Shown here one piece after another: positions 1 through 8,292 of a DNA stretch of 64,000 bases. The number at the start of each line of letters is the position of its first letter. The first letter of the stretch is position 1. The stretch comes from an uncultured Methanosarcinales archaeon (GTDB lineage: Archaea; Nanobdellota; Nanobdellia; Woesearchaeales; GW2011-AR9). The position numbers were made by a program, and so were the translations under genes. The stretch covers positions 444,681 to 508,680 of the forward strand of contig CAZCGN010000001.1 in the NCBI GenBank assembly GCA_964498285.1, in the 5' to 3' direction. The notes under the pieces were generated by a model. That model saw only the letters and a program-made list of their open reading frames with translations. It had not been told where the DNA came from and did no database searches.

Positions 1-10
1 CTTCAAAACT

Positions 11-2011
11 GTGCTTGAAACTTTTAAGGAAGTGAGTGGAGTGAGGAATCCTTTTGCATTTAGTGAAATCGGACGAGTAATCCCTGCTGTTGGAGACCCA
101 CTTACATTGTTACTCTCAACTGTTGCTGGCCCGTCCGTTGTTATAAACAGTAGTGCCGGTTATAATAAAAACCTGAATAATGACCAAAGAATTGTTATTG
201 AGGGCGGTAAAGCAATTACTGTTGAGGGTAAAGTCCATGCAACAGTACAACATTATTTACTTCCAAGTGTAGAGACACCGTATCTTGAAATGGTAACTGC
301 TGCCCTAGGATATTGGGAAGGTGTCCCTCTTCTTTGGGGGGTTCAAAAGTTTGGTGAAACAGAACTTCTTGACATTCAACTAACGCCCGAATTTATCTTA
401 GGAAATGATTTGAAGTACCTTGGTGCAACAACAGAGCGAAGAGGAGATATCTTATTAATTAATGGAAAAACCGCGGGAAAGATTCTTACACTTGATAAAA
501 TCCTTCAAGAAAGAGCTGAGCAAGAACTGTTTGATCCAAAATTTACTCAATTAACTTGGGACCAACTATTGCCAATGCCTCTTCCCGTTCATATCGAAGA
601 AAGTTTTGCGCTAACTGGTGAAGAATCTCTCCCTCCTGGCTTCTACGGTATGCCTGGGTTTCGATACAAGGTCATACTCCCGGACGTAGGATTAAAAGAC
701 AGGGCAGCAAGTATTGGAAATGCTGCGTTAAACTTAGTTGGACTTGGAGAAGAGAATCCTTATGCATTTCTTAAAAAAGAATCAAGAAAAGCGGTGATGC
801 GAGATGCGATCAATGAAGCATTAGTGGAAGCAGAAAGAGCAGATAGAGAAAGGGCAGAAGCTGCAGAAGCACAGATAGACGCTGCAAATGCAAGGGCAGA
901 AGCTGCAGAACAAAGAGAAAGAGCAGCGCGTTCTGAGCGATTACAACGGCTTTCAAGAACACGTGGCCGCCATAGAAAACATGACCTCGTTAACCTTACA
1001 AGAGGTGTTGCTGTCGGAGAAGTTACTGCTGCAACTGAACTAGCTGCCTTTAGACTCCATGATCTTTATACTAGGCGAGATGAAGACGAAGTGTTTGGAC
1101 GATATCTCGCTGGTTTAGAAGCTCGATTTAACACAATTGCTGGAACTGCTATGTTCGATTTAACCTCAGATGGACTTACCTCTGGAGATTTTGCAGATAG
1201 CGTACAAAGCGTATTTCTTTATGCAGGTAGAACCCTTAGTGAAGTGTTGGAAGTTAACTACGGCCTTCTCCATGAGCTAGTTGGGCGCGATGTAAAAGAT
1301 ATTGATGAAGATGGTCTTGATGAACTACGTGATGAAAACCAAGACATCATAAACGTATTTGGAAGCGTCGCGAGTTATCTTGAAAGCCAACAAGTTCTTG
1401 AGAAAGTTGATGCCCTAGTAAAGGGTATTGAAGAAGATCATGATGCTTTGGTTGAAACATTCTCTCTTGAAGAAGCCATTGGTTCTGCATTGGAAGAAGC
1501 TATAACATACAAGGCTCACTCTTCCCTTAAAGGTAGAGAACTCGAACTGGACGTACAACTTGAGGAATCGTATGGGCTAGTATCCGATAGAAGATCTACC
1601 CAAGGAGTTTTCAAGGATTTAGCATATAATTCAATAGATTTTGGTGCAACTCAGATTTCTATAAGGGTAGGGAATGTCGCATCTCTTGATGGAGCATTGC
1701 AAGAAAGGGTTTCGGAACTCTTTGAAGGTGAAGAATATAATCCTCACTTGTTTATTCATTTTGAAGATGATGGCCTGGGCCTGGGTGGAGGAGATCTTGG
1801 CGCTGCAAGACAAAAAGCGAACGAAATGAGCGATTACCTCAATGACCCGGCTCGGATAAAGGAAAGCCATTCAACTAGAGGAAGTGGAATGGGGCTCGAT
1901 GACCTAAAGATATTTATGGGACTCCATGATGCAAAAGCATGCTATGTAGCACATGAGGATAAACCTGGAACAAGCCTTTATGTTTTTATCTCCTCACAAG
2001 AAATGAAATAA
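11..2011 (+). CDS. Large acidic hypothetical protein with an Ala/Glu/Arg-rich coiled-coil segment; the frame is open to the window edge, so it is probably 5'-partial
   Basis: 666-aa ORF. The GTG at 11 has no in-frame stop before the window start. GC-rich and Arg/Asp/Glu-rich composition, unlike the Lys-rich neighbours. Contains the repeat-like stretch EAERADRERAEAAEAQIDAANARAEAAEQRERAARSERL. No recognisable catalytic motif. Confidence 0.5.
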   Translation: MLETFKEVSGVRNPFAFSEIGRVIPAVGDPLTLLLSTVAGPSVVINSSAGYNKNLNNDQRIVIEGGKAITVEGKVHATVQHYLLPSVETPYLEMVTAALGYWEGVPLLWGVQKFGETELLDIQLTPEFILGNDLKYLGATTERRGDILLINGKTAGKILTLDKILQERAEQELFDPKFTQLTWDQLLPMPLPVHIEESFALTGEESLPPGFYGMPGFRYKVILPDVGLKDRAASIGNAALNLVGLGEENPYAFLKKESRKAVMRDAINEALVEAERADRERAEAAEAQIDAANARAEAAEQRERAARSERLQRLSRTRGRHRKHDLVNLTRGVAVGEVTAATELAAFRLHDLYTRRDEDEVFGRYLAGLEARFNTIAGTAMFDLTSDGLTSGDFADSVQSVFLYAGRTLSEVLEVNYGLLHELVGRDVKDIDEDGLDELRDENQDIINVFGSVASYLESQQVLEKVDALVKGIEEDHDALVETFSLEEAIGSALEEAITYKAHSSLKGRELELDVQLEESYGLVSDRRSTQGVFKDLAYNSIDFGATQISIRVGNVASLDGALQERVSELFEGEEYNPHLFIHFEDDGLGLGGGDLGAARQKANEMSDYLNDPARIKESHSTRGSGMGLDDLKIFMGLHDAKACYVAHEDKPGTSLYVFISSQEMK

Positions 2012-2506
2012 GTGAAATTGAACATGGGAGTGGAGAGCGGCGTATTGGGCGAAATTATTTTTTACTTAAGTGGAGAATATTCTTCTGCCCTTGATCAAAC
2101 ACAAGAAACCCTTCAAAGAATCGAAGGTAGTCAAGGAACAGGTGAAGTTTTACGTAACAGAAGACAGGATTATAGAATTGAGCTACGAGAAGGAATTATT
2201 GATTATGCCGCTTTGTTTTTGGGAGCTTTAAGGCACCATTGGCTAGATTCAAGACTTCGACTTGTCGCAGACCAGCTCTCGGCTACAACAAAATTTAATC
2301 CAATAAAAGATTTGCCTAAAGAAGACAGAGAAATTCAAGACGCTTTTGAGGCAAAGTTATTTGCAATTAATGGAGGGCTCGTTGCGGTTGCTTTAGACTA
2401 TGAAGAGCTAAAACTATCTACTATGAATGGTAATTCATCTGAAACCGGAGCGCTACTTGAGATATCGCCACTTGAACTAGTTTTAGTAGGATATAAAAAT
2501 AAATAA
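2012..2506 (+). CDS. Hypothetical protein, translationally coupled to the upstream ORF
   Basis: ATG immediately follows the stop of the 666-aa ORF. Same GC-rich composition. No recognisable motif. Confidence 0.4.
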   Translation: MKLNMGVESGVLGEIIFYLSGEYSSALDQTQETLQRIEGSQGTGEVLRNRRQDYRIELREGIIDYAALFLGALRHHWLDSRLRLVADQLSATTKFNPIKDLPKEDREIQDAFEAKLFAINGGLVAVALDYEELKLSTMNGNSSETGALLEISPLELVLVGYKNK

Positions 2507-2528
2507 AAATTATTAAAAAAAGAAAAAA

Positions 2529-3431
2529 CTACGCCGCACGATCATAAAATCGATCTTGTAGCTCTCTTCTTACAAAGTATCGATCTACTCGATTATTCCC
2601 TGCTCGTACATCTTCTGCTATTGCTGCAAGATTCTCTTCTGAAAGACCATTTGGTTCATGAAGTCTCTCTGTGATATCCACTATTGTCAAGAAACCTTGT
2701 CGTGCCTGTTCATGGGGAGCTATTCCTTCCATGTCTTTTGGAAGCCACAATAAGTAAGGCGCCCCTTGGCCATCTAAAAGATCTGCAAATACATCAGACT
2801 CAGCAGCAACATCTTTCATGTTAGCTGAAACATATATCAAAACAGCCGTTCGAGGATCGTTCTTCAACTCTCGTACTGCTGCTGTTCCCTGGGGATTCCC
2901 GGGCCCTAGATCCTGATCGATTATTGCACCGAACAATGCTTGAGCATATGCTGGATTTCTTGCAGCTTTCAATCCAGTTGCTACGTCTTTTTCTGTGTCC
3001 CACTCAAAGCTTGAAAGCCCAATTGCCTTAGAAGCGAGGCGAAATGTAGTTGCATACATTCTTCGTTGGCGCCTAGCATCTTCGATTGCAGTAACATGTA
3101 GCGCTGGTGCAATGCCCTGGCGATCTGGAAGGCGCTCAATGTCTCGAAGATTGTACCCTTTAAGCAAACCTGCATCTTCTAAATTTCTTAGTGAAACAAG
3201 TGTCGCTGCATCTGGAACATCTGCTGCCCCTTTTATTGCATCTTCATCTCGCTTGAATTGGTGGTTAGCTCGCCCATACCGGATTATTTCTGCCATTGTT
3301 GGAAGCACAACTGCTTTTCCAACTCCACCTCTACCTTCTCTTTGGCGAACTAATGCTGATGCTTCATCTGCAAAGTCTGCCTCCTGTAATGCTGCACTTG
3401 GTAATTCTGGATATTCATTGTCTCCTGCCAT
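2529..3431 (-). CDS. Hypothetical protein, paralog A of a tandem pair
   Basis: 300 aa. Shares a conserved block with the downstream 268-aa ORF: DPRTAVLIYVSANMKDVAAESDVFADLL versus DPTTLAIIYLTANAPQVVESADVSTDLEK. GC-rich. Confidence 0.5.
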   Translation of the reverse strand: MAGDNEYPELPSAALQEADFADEASALVRQREGRGGVGKAVVLPTMAEIIRYGRANHQFKRDEDAIKGAADVPDAATLVSLRNLEDAGLLKGYNLRDIERLPDRQGIAPALHVTAIEDARRQRRMYATTFRLASKAIGLSSFEWDTEKDVATGLKAARNPAYAQALFGAIIDQDLGPGNPQGTAAVRELKNDPRTAVLIYVSANMKDVAAESDVFADLLDGQGAPYLLWLPKDMEGIAPHEQARQGFLTIVDITERLHEPNGLSEENLAAIAEDVRAGNNRVDRYFVRRELQDRFYDRAA

Positions 3432-3506
3432 TGTTATTATTTCTCCGTTCTATTATTTTGACATCTAATCTCTATTTTTAATATTTGTGACATTAAGGTT
3501 GATATT

Positions 3507-4313
3507 TTAAATTCCATACGTTTGTCCTCTTGCGCGCATATACTCTCCTCCAAATGAAAGACCTTTGGCAATGTCTCTGTGAATTTCGCTAAAGGTTGTA
3601 TCCAAATCATTTGAGCTAAGCAATCGGAGACAAAGATCTTCACCTACATCATAACAAATTCGAACATCCATCCCTGCAGTAGGACTCTTTATTTGATAAA
3701 ACACAAACGGTGGACGAGCAATCTTCTCTAAATCCGTGCTTACATCTGCTGATTCCACAACTTGGGGGGCGTTTGCTGTAAGATAAATTATAGCAAGCGT
3801 TGTAGGGTCTGCTGCGATTTCTCTTGCAATATCCGTTCCTGCCTTTGCTCTATTTAATTCTTGATCAAGGACATACACATGCAATGACCTTTGCAAAATA
3901 GGAAGTTGTCTTTTTTGAAGTACCCCATGGGCGTGGCGGGAAATGTCTGCTCTCACTTGGGGGCCGCTACTCCCTTTCATTCTGCGGATTGCAGGAAGCC
4001 CAAGCCTCATTGCATCACGAAAACGTTTTTGATCATCTACCCAGCTTTGATACATAGCTGGAGTTAAAATCGGACTATCTGCTGCTAAGTCTGATCCATC
4101 TGGCCCTATTGCTACTAATTGCGCGAAAGTAAGATCCTCGATGGGCCCCCTTTCTTGAATCTCCACTGCCAAAGAAACCTGAGATTCACCTCTTCGATAA
4201 TGTCGCTGAAGAAACCCTACAACCTCTTCTATTCCTAACTGCGAAGGGGCACTTGGTTGAGGTCCATCATCTACAAATTCAAACGCAAATTCTTCATCAG
4301 ACATAGTAATCAC
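3507..4313 (-). CDS. Hypothetical protein, paralog B of a tandem pair
   Basis: 268 aa. Paralogous block shared with the 2529-3431 ORF. GC-rich and acidic. Confidence 0.5.
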   Translation of the reverse strand: MITMSDEEFAFEFVDDGPQPSAPSQLGIEEVVGFLQRHYRRGESQVSLAVEIQERGPIEDLTFAQLVAIGPDGSDLAADSPILTPAMYQSWVDDQKRFRDAMRLGLPAIRRMKGSSGPQVRADISRHAHGVLQKRQLPILQRSLHVYVLDQELNRAKAGTDIAREIAADPTTLAIIYLTANAPQVVESADVSTDLEKIARPPFVFYQIKSPTAGMDVRICYDVGEDLCLRLLSSNDLDTTFSEIHRDIAKGLSFGGEYMRARGQTYGI

Positions 4314-4360
4314 TTGCCAGGAACTACACTATTTAAAGATTTCGACTAAAAGTGTCTCAT

Positions 4361-4882
4361 TTACGTCTTTTTAGGCACTAATTCTGTAAGTACATCTCCC
4401 TTCAAAACTCGAAACAAAGCCGCTAGATCTTGCGCCGAACGCACTTTTTCACCGAGCAAACACATTCCAACACCAAACTTCCGGCATAGTCTAATGTTTT
4501 GCATAATGCGACCTAACTTTTTTTCTGCTGGAAGTGTAAACCCAATAACTTTCTTTTTATCAGAAGCAATCTTGGCTAACACATGGTCCAAACCTGCACG
4601 CAAATAATGATAATGTTCTTTTGGATGAATAGATTCAATACCAAACACCATATCAACTGCAGTTTTCTCAAGCAAAAATCGTAACATATCTTCAGAAGAA
4701 GGTTTTGCAACAGTAAACAATCCAGAAGATTTCGCCTTTGCAATGGAGAAAAGCGCTTTTTTTTCCGATGTTAAATCAACAAGAACAAAATCTCTTTCTA
4801 AAAATAGTGTTGTGCTAAATCCTAACGTTCTGTTAAGCTCTTCAATCTTAGCTTCATACTTTGTAAGCAGTATTTGTTGCAT
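4361..4882 (-). CDS. Conserved hypothetical protein, possibly an RNase P protein component (Rpp30-like TIM barrel); tentative
   Basis: 173-aa AT-rich ORF with clean boundaries. Only a vague resemblance to the Rpp30 family by length and pattern. No decisive motif. Confidence 0.3.
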   Translation of the reverse strand: MQQILLTKYEAKIEELNRTLGFSTTLFLERDFVLVDLTSEKKALFSIAKAKSSGLFTVAKPSSEDMLRFLLEKTAVDMVFGIESIHPKEHYHYLRAGLDHVLAKIASDKKKVIGFTLPAEKKLGRIMQNIRLCRKFGVGMCLLGEKVRSAQDLAALFRVLKGDVLTELVPKKT

Positions 4883-5062
4883 AAGAACTCTAGAATAAAT
4901 CTCTCTTTTAAACTTTTATACAAGAAATAAGAATACTATCTTATTTCTGGACAAAAATATGATTGTTTTCATATTTTTTGTACAAAACTCTTAAAAATAT
5001 ACTGCCAAAACAATGAGTATAACCAAGCAACGAGCTTACTAGGAGCTTTGCGGGAGGAAAAA

Positions 5063-5266
5063 GTGAAGATACATATAGAGTTTGAGAAAGGTAATACCAA
5101 AAGTACAGTTGAAACACAAGCAACAACTGTACAAGAACTTCTGAGCCAACTACAGATCAACAAAGAAACAGTTCTTGTTGCGCGAAATAATGAAATTCTG
5201 ACTGAAGATATCGAACTTAAAAGCGAAGACTCCCTCCAGATCCTAAGTGTTATATCAGGAGGGTAA
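5063..5266 (+). CDS. Small ubiquitin-like sulfur-carrier / SAMP-like protein (ThiS/MoaD fold) ending in Gly-Gly
   Basis: About 67 aa ending ...VISGG immediately before the stop. GTG at 5063 is preceded by GGGAGG. The ORF track's TTG at 5048 is the alternative start. Sits directly upstream of a PP-loop thiolase gene and an E1-like gene. Confidence 0.6.
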   Translation: MKIHIEFEKGNTKSTVETQATTVQELLSQLQINKETVLVARNNEILTEDIELKSEDSLQILSVISGG

Positions 5267-5269
5267 GAA

Positions 5270-6196
5270 ATGCAATGCATACAATGTAACAACAAAGCAG
5301 TTATCAAATTGCAACATGGATCTTTATGTAAAGAGCATTTTATTTCCTATTTTGAGAAAAAAGTCTTCAAAACTATTAACAAATACAACTTAGTTGAACG
5401 ACGCGATGTCATCTGTTGCGCAGCGTCCGGTGGAAAAGATTCGTTAACTGTTCTCTACTTGCTCAAAAAATATTTTCAGAAAAACAATCTACCACTACAA
5501 AACCTTAAAGCACTTTGTATTGATGAAGGAATCAAAGGATACCGTTCCATAACACTCCAATACCTTACGCAATTCTGTCAAGAACACGAAATTCCACTAG
5601 AAGTGCAATCGTTCAAAGAGAATTTCAACACCACACTAGATAATGCTATTCCCATTATCAATAAGAAAACAGGCAAAAAGGCATGCAACATTTGCGGCGC
5701 GTGGCGAAGATATCTCCTCAATAAATATGCAAAAGAGATGGGAGCAACAAAAGTTGTTACGGGCCACAACTTAGATGATGAAGCGCAAGCAGTTCTTATG
5801 AACATCTTTAAAGCAAACAACGCGCAAGCAGCAAAACTCGGGCCAATTTCTGGTGTGAAATTGTTCAAAGGATTTGTACAACGCGTAAAGCCACTTTATT
5901 TCTGTACAGAAAAAGAAACAAGACTCTATACATTTCTCAAAAATATTAACGTTGATAATGCTGAATGTCCAAACATTGTCCAATCATACAGGGCAGACAT
6001 TCGAGATATGCTAAACAATTTTGAAGCGAAATATCCCGGATCAAAAACAAGCATCATTAATTCCTTCCTCTACACTCTGCCCCTCTTAAAAGAACATAGT
6101 ATACGAGAAGAAAGCGCGCCAAAGACATGTGAAGAGTGTTCTGAACCATCACACAAACCAATATGCAATGCATGCGAATTTAAAGCATTAATCTAA
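5270..6196 (+). CDS. tRNA 2-thiolation PP-loop ATPase (Ncs6/TtuA family)
   Basis: PP-loop SGGKDS. N-terminal CxxC...CxxH and C-terminal CxxC...CxxC zinc fingers. Length about 308 aa. Confidence 0.75.
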   Translation: MQCIQCNNKAVIKLQHGSLCKEHFISYFEKKVFKTINKYNLVERRDVICCAASGGKDSLTVLYLLKKYFQKNNLPLQNLKALCIDEGIKGYRSITLQYLTQFCQEHEIPLEVQSFKENFNTTLDNAIPIINKKTGKKACNICGAWRRYLLNKYAKEMGATKVVTGHNLDDEAQAVLMNIFKANNAQAAKLGPISGVKLFKGFVQRVKPLYFCTEKETRLYTFLKNINVDNAECPNIVQSYRADIRDMLNNFEAKYPGSKTSIINSFLYTLPLLKEHSIREESAPKTCEECSEPSHKPICNACEFKALI

Positions 6197-6197
6197 A

Positions 6198-7130
6198 ATG
6201 AAACGATACGTACGACACACAATACTCAAGCAAATAGAACAAGAAAAACTGACTAAAGCACACATAGTTATTGTTGGTATAGGAGCATTGGGAACAGTTG
6301 CAGCCGAACTCTTAGCAAGAGCAGGAATAGGGAAACTGACATTAATTGATAGAGATGTAATTGAACTTTCAAACTTGCAACGACAATCACTTTTTTGTGA
6401 AGAAGATGTAGGTAAGCCAAAGGCGATCGTAGCAAAAGAAAAACTGACAAAAATCAATTCAGAAATTAATATACATTCTAGAGTAACTCATCTCAACACA
6501 GAAAATGTAGAAGAACTTTTTTCAAACGTAACCCTTGTTCTTGACTGCACTGATAATATTAAAACTCGATTTGTAATGAACGATTACTGTTACAAACAGA
6601 ATCTTCCTTGGATTTACGCAGCAGCAGTAGAAATGAAAGGGTCTGTAGCATTTATTTCACCCGAAGGACCGTGTCTGAGATGTTTTCTCCCTCAAAATGC
6701 GCAGGGTGAGACGTGCATGCAACAAGGAGTTCTAAACACACTAACACATACAATCGCTTCAATGCAAGTGACATTAGCACTCAAATTTCTTGTAGGAGAA
6801 GAAGTAAACAACAACGAACTTACATATTATACTGCATGGGATAACTCCATACAAAAACTCAAAATTCACAAAAAGGAAGCGTGCGCGCATTCAGGATCAA
6901 TTCAGAATGATGCAACGCAGCAGTTCTGCTCAGGAAAATATCAGCTTACGGGGAGAAAAGTGAACCTCCAAGAACTTAAAGAAAAACTCGAACAAACGTG
7001 CAAGGTTGAGTGTGACAACTACACCCTTAAAGCGGGCCCAATTCTTGTATTCCAAGACGGAAGAGCTATCATTAAAGCAAGATCAAAAAAAGAAGCAGAA
7101 AGTATCTTCTCACGGCTCATAGGGAACTGA
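6198..7130 (+). CDS. E1-like activating enzyme (ThiF/MoeB/UbaA family adenylyltransferase)
   Basis: Rossmann GIGALG motif, NLQRQ motif and a CLRC CxxC motif. Confidence 0.75.
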   Translation: MKRYVRHTILKQIEQEKLTKAHIVIVGIGALGTVAAELLARAGIGKLTLIDRDVIELSNLQRQSLFCEEDVGKPKAIVAKEKLTKINSEINIHSRVTHLNTENVEELFSNVTLVLDCTDNIKTRFVMNDYCYKQNLPWIYAAAVEMKGSVAFISPEGPCLRCFLPQNAQGETCMQQGVLNTLTHTIASMQVTLALKFLVGEEVNNNELTYYTAWDNSIQKLKIHKKEACAHSGSIQNDATQQFCSGKYQLTGRKVNLQELKEKLEQTCKVECDNYTLKAGPILVFQDGRAIIKARSKKEAESIFSRLIGN

Positions 7131-7493
7131 AAGGCAATGTAGAGTATCACTTTGAGTATTCCAATCCATAGAATGAAATAACATTCGGCTAAAAAGAGGT
7201 GGACTAGCGCCATCATCATCGTCATCACCGTAGCATCCTAAATCACTTACTTGCCAACCAGCAACAAGTTCATAACTCTCATACGTTAACGCAATACTTG
7301 CAAGATCATCTTCTGATCTTCCAGGGTTGCCTTGATCAGAAAAGGCAACACTAAATACTGTATTTTGGCCAAGTGGAACACTAAAAGAAAGATCATATGG
7401 AACAACTGCCCTATATGCTTCAATTGCACCCAATGCTAAACTTCCTAAAAGAAGTGCACTAAGTCCAATTCTATGTGATCTTCGAAGCTCCAT
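7110..7493 (-). CDS. Hypothetical small secreted protein (weak call)
   Basis: 127-aa ORF with a hydrophobic N-terminal segment and an Asp run DDDDD. Overlaps the E1-like gene's 3' end by about 20 nt. No homology recognised. Confidence 0.25.
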   Translation of the reverse strand: MELRRSHRIGLSALLLGSLALGAIEAYRAVVPYDLSFSVPLGQNTVFSVAFSDQGNPGRSEDDLASIALTYESYELVAGWQVSDLGCYGDDDDDGASPPLFSRMLFHSMDWNTQSDTLHCLSVPYEP

Positions 7494-7578
7494 TCAATCC
7501 TGCGTAAGGAAAGTATTTCTCTTAAAGTTTATGACACACCCAAGTATATACTCTATATTTTTTATTCGAATGGGTCTA

Positions 7579-7622
7579 TTTATAAAGGGAACCTTTATAA
7601 AGTCCTCACATTATTTATAAAG
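7579..7622 (+). promoter_or_regulatory. Three tandem TATA-like boxes (TTTATAAAG x3) upstream of tbp
   Basis: The exact 9-mer TTTATAAAG occurs at 7579-7587, 7594-7602 and 7614-7622. The last copy lies about 30 nt upstream of the tbp ATG at 7652. Confidence 0.5.
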
Positions 7623-7651
7623 CATTATAGACGTTTTCGGGGGTAATTATA

Positions 7652-8218
7652 TTGGCAAAAGCAAAGAAATTTACTGGGAAAAAAGAGGTTACGATAGTAA
7701 ATATAGTTGTGTCAACAGCATTGGAAAAGGATGTACCATTAGAAAAAATGGCAGCAACGCTTCCAAACACAGAATACAATCCAGAACAGTTTCCAGGGTT
7801 AGTTCTTAGAATTAAAGATCCAAAAACTTCAGCGCTTGTGTTTTCATCAGGAAAAGTAGTATGTACTGGTGCGAGAAACTTGGCTGATGTTGAAAGAAGT
7901 ATTCAGTGTATTATAAAGTGCCTAAAAAAGATCGATATAACTGTTACAATTAAGCCAGAAATTACTGTGCAGAACATTGTAGCATCCGGATCTATTGGAA
8001 TGCCTCTTAATCTGAACTTTTTAGGGCTCAAACTTCCTAATACAGAGTATGAACCTGAGCAGTTCCCTGGACTTGTACACAAGCTTAAAGGAACAAGAGC
8101 AACATTCTTACTCTTTAGTAACGGGAAAATTGTATGTACTGGTACTCGAACTGAAGAAGAAGTGCACGAAGCAACAGATAAACTCATTGAGAACCTTGAA
8201 AAGCTGCTTAATAAATAA
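7652..8218 (+). CDS. tbp: TATA-box binding protein
   Basis: Two direct repeats containing PNTEYNPEQFPGLV...GKVVCTGA and PNTEYEPEQFPGLV...GKIVCTG. 188 aa. Confidence 0.95.
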   Translation: MAKAKKFTGKKEVTIVNIVVSTALEKDVPLEKMAATLPNTEYNPEQFPGLVLRIKDPKTSALVFSSGKVVCTGARNLADVERSIQCIIKCLKKIDITVTIKPEITVQNIVASGSIGMPLNLNFLGLKLPNTEYEPEQFPGLVHKLKGTRATFLLFSNGKIVCTGTRTEEEVHEATDKLIENLEKLLNK

Positions 8219-8223
8219 GCGAT

Positions 8224-8245
8224 CATTTTTTCTTTTTTACTCTTT
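8224..8245 (+). terminator. Oligo-T tract downstream of tbp, a candidate archaeal terminator
   Basis: TCATTTTTTCTTTTTTACTCTTTTCTC sits directly after the tbp stop. Confidence 0.35.
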
Positions 8246-8292
8246 TCTCTAGCACATAAAGATTTTTATACACTACTTCCTGCTAAATTTAG

